64,000 nt of DNA from NCBI GenBank assembly GCA_019057475.1, contig DXJO01000041.1:1-64000 (forward strand). The letters are read 5' to 3'. Positions 58,745 to 64,000 of the stretch are shown piece after piece. Both the position numbers and the translations under genes were made by a program. The DNA comes from Candidatus Thorarchaeota archaeon. GTDB taxonomy: Archaea > Asgardarchaeota > Thorarchaeia > Thorarchaeales > Thorarchaeaceae. The notes under the pieces are model-generated. The model was not told the origin of the DNA, made no database searches, and saw only the letters and a list, made by a program, of their open reading frames with translations. The stretch's first letter is position 1; each line of letters opens with the position of its first letter.

Positions 58745-59569
58745 GTGAGGTTATCGACAGTGTCCAACGAAAAGGCCAAGAAGAAGACAACCAAGAAAAA
58801 ACCGAAGTCCACGAAACAGACAACAGGGAAGAGTGCGGCCAAGAAGCCGGTTGCTGAGAATGTTGTTAGCGAAGGCAGTCTCCTGTATGTCGATTACATC
58901 ATTAAAACCAAGAGAGATGGAAAAGTCTTCGATTGTACCATGGAGGATGTCGCGCGGAAAGAAGGCATGTACAAGGAGGATGAGCGGTATGAGCCAATGC
59001 TCGTCGGAATTGGCTGGAACTGGCTTCTCGCTGCTGTCGAGGAAGAGCTAATCGGGATGAAGGTGGGGGAATCAAAAACTGTTGAGGTGCCACCAGAGAA
59101 AGGATCAGGACCTAGAGACCCAAGCAAGATCAAACTATTCGCCAAAACAAAACTGGCCAAACACGGAGTACGGCCCATAAAGGGGGAAGAGGTGAAGATA
59201 GGTCACGAGCGAGGTGTGATTACCCAAGTGCTTGGACGTCGTGTCAGAGTTGACTTCAACAGTCCGCTAGCCGGAAAAACCCTTGTTTTCGATATTACGG
59301 CCAGAGAGCTCGTTACTGACCCCGAGAAGAAGGTCTTGGCAGTCATCAAAAGAAGAATCCCTGCCGTACCAGTAGACCAGTTTGGTGTGTCCATTAAGGG
59401 AAAGACTGTCACTATTGAGTTCCCGCAGGCGAGTCGCTACATTGAAGGAATTCAGTATGCGGAGATTGGCGTGGCTTCTGACGCGCTTAAGGTGATTGAG
59501 AAAGCCAAGAAAGTCAAGTTTGTCGTCAACTACGAACGACCTGAGGCTCCTAAGAAAATCGAAACCTAG
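58745..59569 (+). CDS. slyD: Long-type FKBP peptidyl-prolyl isomerase (SlyD-like)
   Basis: VDY...DGKVFD, VPPEK and VDFNSPLAGKTL.F. Confidence 0.88.
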   Translation: MRLSTVSNEKAKKKTTKKKPKSTKQTTGKSAAKKPVAENVVSEGSLLYVDYIIKTKRDGKVFDCTMEDVARKEGMYKEDERYEPMLVGIGWNWLLAAVEEELIGMKVGESKTVEVPPEKGSGPRDPSKIKLFAKTKLAKHGVRPIKGEEVKIGHERGVITQVLGRRVRVDFNSPLAGKTLVFDITARELVTDPEKKVLAVIKRRIPAVPVDQFGVSIKGKTVTIEFPQASRYIEGIQYAEIGVASDALKVIEKAKKVKFVVNYERPEAPKKIET

Positions 59570-59699
59570 CTCCACAAGGATTTCAACGCAAGTGAATCGC
59601 AAGAGCGACCACTAAGAAACGTTTTAATACGAATCTCAGGACCAGCTCTTTGTCACTAGTTCTCCTAGGCTATATTTCATTGATACGGAGTTACTCGAT

Positions 59700-60338
59700 A
59701 TGGAACATCAGATGCAGCCACCTGCAGAGGTAACCAAGACAGGAACTACAACTGTTGGCTTGATAGCAAAAGATTGTGTCATCCTGGCTAGCGACCAGAG
59801 AGCGACCATGGGTTACCTTATCGCCAATAAGACAGCCAAAAAGATTTACCAAATCAGCGACAGCATTGGTGCGACAATTGCAGGTTCAGTTGCTGATGCT
59901 CAGGCAATTATGGAACTTCTGAAAGCAGAAGCGAAGCTCTTTGAGATTCAGAGAGGACGACCCATGCGTGTTAGGGCACTAACACGTCTCTTGAGCAACA
60001 TAATGTTCTCAGCTCGAGGAACATATATGCTCCAATGCCTAGTGGGAGGATTTGATGACGAGGGCCCACAGGTCTTCTACACGGACTTCATTGGGTCCGT
60101 CCTGCCCGATAAGTACACATCGACAGGATCGGGATCCCCGATAGCTTTTGGTGTCTTGGAAGCAGAGTACAAGGATGGGCTTGCCAAGAAGAAGGCCATA
60201 GAGCTTGCAGTGCGAGCAATCGCCGCAGCAATCGAAAGAGATGCTGCAACAGGAAACTCGATTCTTGTGAGTGTTATCGATAAGGACGGCTACAAAGAAG
60301 TAGACAAAGACGTCATCACGAAGATCTGGAAACGGTAG
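59700..60338 (+). CDS. psmB: Proteasome beta subunit
   Basis: Propeptide..KTG|TTTVG, ASDQRAT, AGSVADAQ, GSGS and RDAATG. Confidence 0.96.
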   Translation: MEHQMQPPAEVTKTGTTTVGLIAKDCVILASDQRATMGYLIANKTAKKIYQISDSIGATIAGSVADAQAIMELLKAEAKLFEIQRGRPMRVRALTRLLSNIMFSARGTYMLQCLVGGFDDEGPQVFYTDFIGSVLPDKYTSTGSGSPIAFGVLEAEYKDGLAKKKAIELAVRAIAAAIERDAATGNSILVSVIDKDGYKEVDKDVITKIWKR

Positions 60339-60453
60339 TAGTAGACATTGTTTTTTGTCAGCTCTATCTGAAACCGTTTCAGCCCAGTGGCTGTGGGTCT
60401 TAGATGAAACCATAGGGGCAAGTAATACGCCTTAAACTACGATGTGATTCTAG

Positions 60454-62364
60454 ATGGGTTCCCGCAACAATGAGCACGTTGACATTCGTGAAGCAATCAA
60501 GGAAGCGCTTCCAAGATCGGCCGCGATAAGCGCTGTTGAGTATGAAGGTCCGGAGATTGCGATATATTCGAAAGCGCCAAAGATACTTCTTGACGACGGG
60601 GATATGATCAAGGCACTAGCCCGCAAGATGAGAAAACGCATCGTAGTCAGGTCGGCCCCGGAAGTGAGAATTTCTCATGAAGATGCTGAGAAGTCGGTAC
60701 GTGAGCTGGTGCCTGCGGATGCGGAGATAACCTCAATTGATTTTGACGATTCAAGAGGCGAAGTCATAATCGAAGCCCAGAAACCGGGCCTCGTGATTGG
60801 CAGAAGTGGAACAACGCTCAGAGAGATTACGAGGCGTACCTTTTGGCGGCCAGCCGTGATGAGAACTCCACCTATTGAAAGCAAGCTGATTAAACAGATT
60901 CGTTACATCATTCAATCGGAGGCAGCAAGCAGGAACAAGTCATTCCGGGAGATTGGGAGAAGGATACATCGGCGGAGTCTGGTGGATAACGGATGGATTA
61001 GACTAACTGCACTAGGAGGGTTTCGCGAGGTTGGAAGACAATGCATGCTTCTTCAGACTTCTGAGAGTAGCATCCTGATTGAATGCGGCGTGAACGTGGG
61101 CACTCCAACTAGAGCTTTTCCTCGTTTGGATATGCCGGAGTTCAGCATTGACAATCTAGATGCGGTGGTCATCACCCATGCTCACCTAGACCACTGCGGC
61201 ATGGTTCCGTTCTTGTTCAAGTATGGGTATCGCGGACCAGTTTACATGACTGCCCCGACACTCAATCTCTCCACGCTCCTTCAGCTAGACTATCTCGATG
61301 TGGCTGAACGAGAAGGGAAGCTTAGACCGTATCGTGATAAAGATGTGAAAGAAGCTATTCTGCACACAATTCCATTGAACTATGGAGAAGTAACTGATAT
61401 TGCTCCAGATGTCCGTTTGACACTTCACAATGCAGGGCATATCCTCGGATCGGCCATTATCCATCTGCACATAGGAGATGGTCGATATAATATGGCATAC
61501 ACAGGCGACTTCAAGTTCGGCCGCACTAGGCTTCTTGAGCCCGCTACGTTCACATTCCCCAGGTTGGAGGCCCTCATCGTAGAGAGTACTTATGGCCACC
61601 CGACAGACAAGATGCCCCCTAGACAGGAGGTTGAGAGAAAGTTTGCGTCGATAATTAAGCGAACGTTAGCGAGAGGCGGGAAGATACTGATTCCAGTCCT
61701 TGCAGTTGGCCGAGCACAGGAGATTATGCTTGTGCTGGAGGACTTAGTTTCCAAGAAGCGGATTCCGAGGATTCCAATCTACATTGAGGGGATGATTGCC
61801 CAAGCCACAGCAATCCATACAACACATCCAGAGGCCCTCAGCAAAAAGATACGGGAAATGGTATTTCACCAGGGGGTCAACCCATTCTTGAGCGATATCT
61901 TTGTTCAAGTGGACAACCCCGACCAGCGCGAGGAGATTGTGGAGGGCGAACCCTGCATTATCATGGCTACCTCGGGGATGCTAGCTGGTGGACCAAGTGT
62001 GGACTACTTCCGACTCCTAGCATCTGATGAGAAGAATACGTTGGCATTTGTTTCATATCAAGGGGCAAATACGCTTGGCAGTAGAATCCAAAAGGGCTGG
62101 AAAGAGGTACGCATGAAGAACCATGAGGGAGAGACGAGGGCGATTCCCGTGAACCTTGAGATTACCACTGTCGAAGGCTTTTCGGGACACTCCGACAGAA
62201 AGCAAATACTGAACTTCGTTAAACGTGTCAGTCCCGTTCCAGAAATTGTACTAACCTGTCATGGAGAAGCGTCCAAGTGCACGAATCTTGCCTCAACAAT
62301 CCACAAAGCGCTAAACATTGACACAATGGCGTTGAGGGTCACAGAAACCGTCAAGCTGAGATAA
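60454..62364 (+). CDS. aCPSF1/FttA KH-domain beta-CASP ribonuclease
   Basis: EYEGPEI, KH GLVIGRSG, THAHLDH, AGHILGS and GFSGHSD; 636 aa, adjacent to psmB. Confidence 0.95.
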   Translation: MGSRNNEHVDIREAIKEALPRSAAISAVEYEGPEIAIYSKAPKILLDDGDMIKALARKMRKRIVVRSAPEVRISHEDAEKSVRELVPADAEITSIDFDDSRGEVIIEAQKPGLVIGRSGTTLREITRRTFWRPAVMRTPPIESKLIKQIRYIIQSEAASRNKSFREIGRRIHRRSLVDNGWIRLTALGGFREVGRQCMLLQTSESSILIECGVNVGTPTRAFPRLDMPEFSIDNLDAVVITHAHLDHCGMVPFLFKYGYRGPVYMTAPTLNLSTLLQLDYLDVAEREGKLRPYRDKDVKEAILHTIPLNYGEVTDIAPDVRLTLHNAGHILGSAIIHLHIGDGRYNMAYTGDFKFGRTRLLEPATFTFPRLEALIVESTYGHPTDKMPPRQEVERKFASIIKRTLARGGKILIPVLAVGRAQEIMLVLEDLVSKKRIPRIPIYIEGMIAQATAIHTTHPEALSKKIREMVFHQGVNPFLSDIFVQVDNPDQREEIVEGEPCIIMATSGMLAGGPSVDYFRLLASDEKNTLAFVSYQGANTLGSRIQKGWKEVRMKNHEGETRAIPVNLEITTVEGFSGHSDRKQILNFVKRVSPVPEIVLTCHGEASKCTNLASTIHKALNIDTMALRVTETVKLR

Positions 62365-62374
62365 CGCTGTGTGC

Positions 62375-62776
62375 TCAGTACTTGACGAACCAGGGTGTTA
62401 CTATGACGCAGTTATCGTTAACTAGAGCAATGTCTGCACTGTAGCTTCGGGTTTCTCCACGAATGCGCTCGATTATGCGTTTCAATTCCAGATGGCTCTG
62501 TTCTTTTCCGTCATTCATTCTTGTGATGTCAAGGAGTATGATGTTGCCATTACGGATTTGATCTACAACATAGGGAACATCATTGAGAGAGTCAAGGCGT
62601 TTTGATCTAATGAATATGGACTCGAGCTCCGCTAGCCTCTTGCATTCATGAGCAGGGTCTGGACTTTCGCCTTTCACAGCGGGCGAGAATACACCTAGGC
62701 CTGCATATGGCGGAATTACCGTCGTTTCATTGTCAGCCTCTTTCTTGTCTCGCTTGCGTCTAAACAGGGAACGCAC
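62375..62776 (-). CDS. sepF: Archaeal cell division protein SepF
   Basis: L.SL.DV..V...IRNGNIILLDI...LKRIIERI...ADIA...VIVTP. Confidence 0.8.
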   Translation of the reverse strand: MRSLFRRKRDKKEADNETTVIPPYAGLGVFSPAVKGESPDPAHECKRLAELESIFIRSKRLDSLNDVPYVVDQIRNGNIILLDITRMNDGKEQSHLELKRIIERIRGETRSYSADIALVNDNCVIVTPWFVKY

Positions 62777-62984
62777 TTAGAATCACCTCGAGTTACGGAT
62801 GCTCTAAACTGGCATAAGAAGAAAAGACCTAGTATTATGAGGTTGGCATAGCCTCATCAAAGAGGAGCCTCGCAAGGAACAGATTCGCCAAGAACTCGGG
62901 ATTGGAACCTGAATTTGCAAAGGAGCTGTACAAGGCTGCACTCAATCATATCCGAGCAGAGATGGCCAAGGATGACTGAACAGT

Positions 62985-63500
62985 TCAAATCTTGAATTCC
63001 CAAAGCTTGTCGCCGATATGGTGTATTGATTGAATTACCTTGCCTGAAGCTGCGCTACGGAGTTCTTCACTTGACATCTTGGAGACCCCAACTGCAAGAG
63101 GTTTTCCATGCCGCTCATCGACTATGGCGACGATTGATCCCGCCTTGATTCCATCCTCTATGTGAGTGATTCCGGGCCGCATGATGTCTGCACCGTTGAC
63201 GACAAACTTGACTGCTCCCATGTCGACTGTCACCTTCGGGATCCTCACAACTTCGCTGAGTAGTGCCCGGAGAGTTGGGAAGAGAACTCCATCGGTTTCA
63301 AAGAAGATAATCTCGCCTTCTACTAGGATGACCCGTGACCCGTCATCCAGCACGCCTTCTTCGAGCTTTGTCTTTTCATCCAGCCCTGTTATACTCGAAC
63401 TCAGAATATCCTCTATCCGCTCCAGCTCCCTCCTCTGGTCGCGTTTCTTCATTGGATGGCGTCTTCTAATACGTTCTATCTTTGGCATTAACCATCCCAA
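62985..63500 (-). CDS. PUA-domain RNA-binding protein (MCT-1/DUF1947)
   Basis: FPTL, VDMGAVKFV.NGADIMRPGI and HHIGDKLW. Confidence 0.92.
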   Translation of the reverse strand: MGWLMPKIERIRRRHPMKKRDQRRELERIEDILSSSITGLDEKTKLEEGVLDDGSRVILVEGEIIFFETDGVLFPTLRALLSEVVRIPKVTVDMGAVKFVVNGADIMRPGITHIEDGIKAGSIVAIVDERHGKPLAVGVSKMSSEELRSAASGKVIQSIHHIGDKLWEFKI

Positions 63501-63657
63501 ATGACTATGTCCTTTTGAAACCTATGGCGCGAGAGTGGCTGGAAACGTGACCAGGTTGGCTGGTTTCATCGTCACGTTTTTAAGCCAAACCCAGCGACAA
63601 GACGAAAGCGTCGAGGGCCCGGAGGCTCCGACTATTGTTCTGTGTTGGTGAAGACTG

Positions 63658-63918
63658 GTGAACGCAGGTAGACCTATGGAACTGCTCAAAGAATCAATTG
63701 GCGCTCAGGTGCTCGTTGAGATGAAGGGGCGTAAGAAGGTCAAGGGGAAATTGCTTGGTTATGACCAGCATCTGAACCTCATACTTGAGAACGCCGAAGA
63801 GATAACCTTCGACCCAGAAACCAATACGGAATCTGTTGTGGCTATCGAGAATGTGATTGTGAGAGGAGACAACGTCGTAATCGTTAGTCCGGCACCCAAG
63901 TCAGGTAAGAAGGAGTAG
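63658..63918 (+). CDS. Sm-like archaeal protein (SmAP/Lsm)
   Basis: G.L.GYDQHLNLIL and IVRGDNVV.VSP. Confidence 0.95.
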   Translation: MNAGRPMELLKESIGAQVLVEMKGRKKVKGKLLGYDQHLNLILENAEEITFDPETNTESVVAIENVIVRGDNVVIVSPAPKSGKKE

Positions 63919-63924
63919 ACTGCT

Positions 63925-64000
63925 ATGGGAAAGGGCACTCCAGCCAAAGGCAAGAAGAATAATCCCCACCACATTCGCTGCAGAAGATGCGGCAGACGAT
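63925..64000 (+). CDS. rpl37e: 50S ribosomal protein L37e (3' partial)
   Basis: MGKGTPAKGKKNNPHHIRCRRCGRR; directly follows the Lsm gene. Confidence 0.93.
   Translation, partial: MGKGTPAKGKKNNPHHIRCRRCGRR

Noticed and set aside
40287-63974. Numerous antisense and alternate-frame ORFs overlapping housekeeping genes
   Set aside because: They are shadow ORFs of well-supported genes and carry no motifs of their own.

Overview
This window is archaeal chromosomal DNA, most likely from an Asgard archaeon resembling Thorarchaeia (inferred from a tandem profilin pair, ribosomal eL38 and eL40, Alba, Rpo4, Pus10, aCPSF1, SmAP and SepF). The left ~22 kb is accessory. It contains the right end of an IS607/IS200-605-type tnpB element interrupting a GNAT gene, a non-pyrrolysine MttB-family methyltransferase, a minimal HNH gene followed by an ~88-nt hairpin, and a secreted Ig-EEP nuclease. 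It also has a large beta-helix surface protein bracketed by a 262-bp diverged direct repeat and a 143-bp MITE with a 9-bp target-site duplication. The middle holds two profilins, an OPT transporter and a MoxR/DUF58/DUF4350/DUF4129 operon whose 1939-aa transglutaminase-like protein has lost its catalytic triad. An unannotated ~410-nt, heavily base-paired non-coding region lies at 38.8-39.2 kb. The right ~25 kb is mostly conserved housekeeping (thrC, NOP2/NIP7, sucCD, rpl40e, tRNA-Val, rpl38e, alba, truD, pth2, pus10, rpl21e, rpoF, rsmA, slyD, psmB, aCPSF1, sepF, lsm, rpl37e) and includes a Hel308-like pseudo-helicase with an inserted SWIM finger. The best candidates for undescribed biology are the large structured RNA, the HNH plus hairpin module, the pseudo-transglutaminase MoxR operon and the SWIM pseudo-helicase. 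All family assignments come from motif recognition by eye, not database searches.
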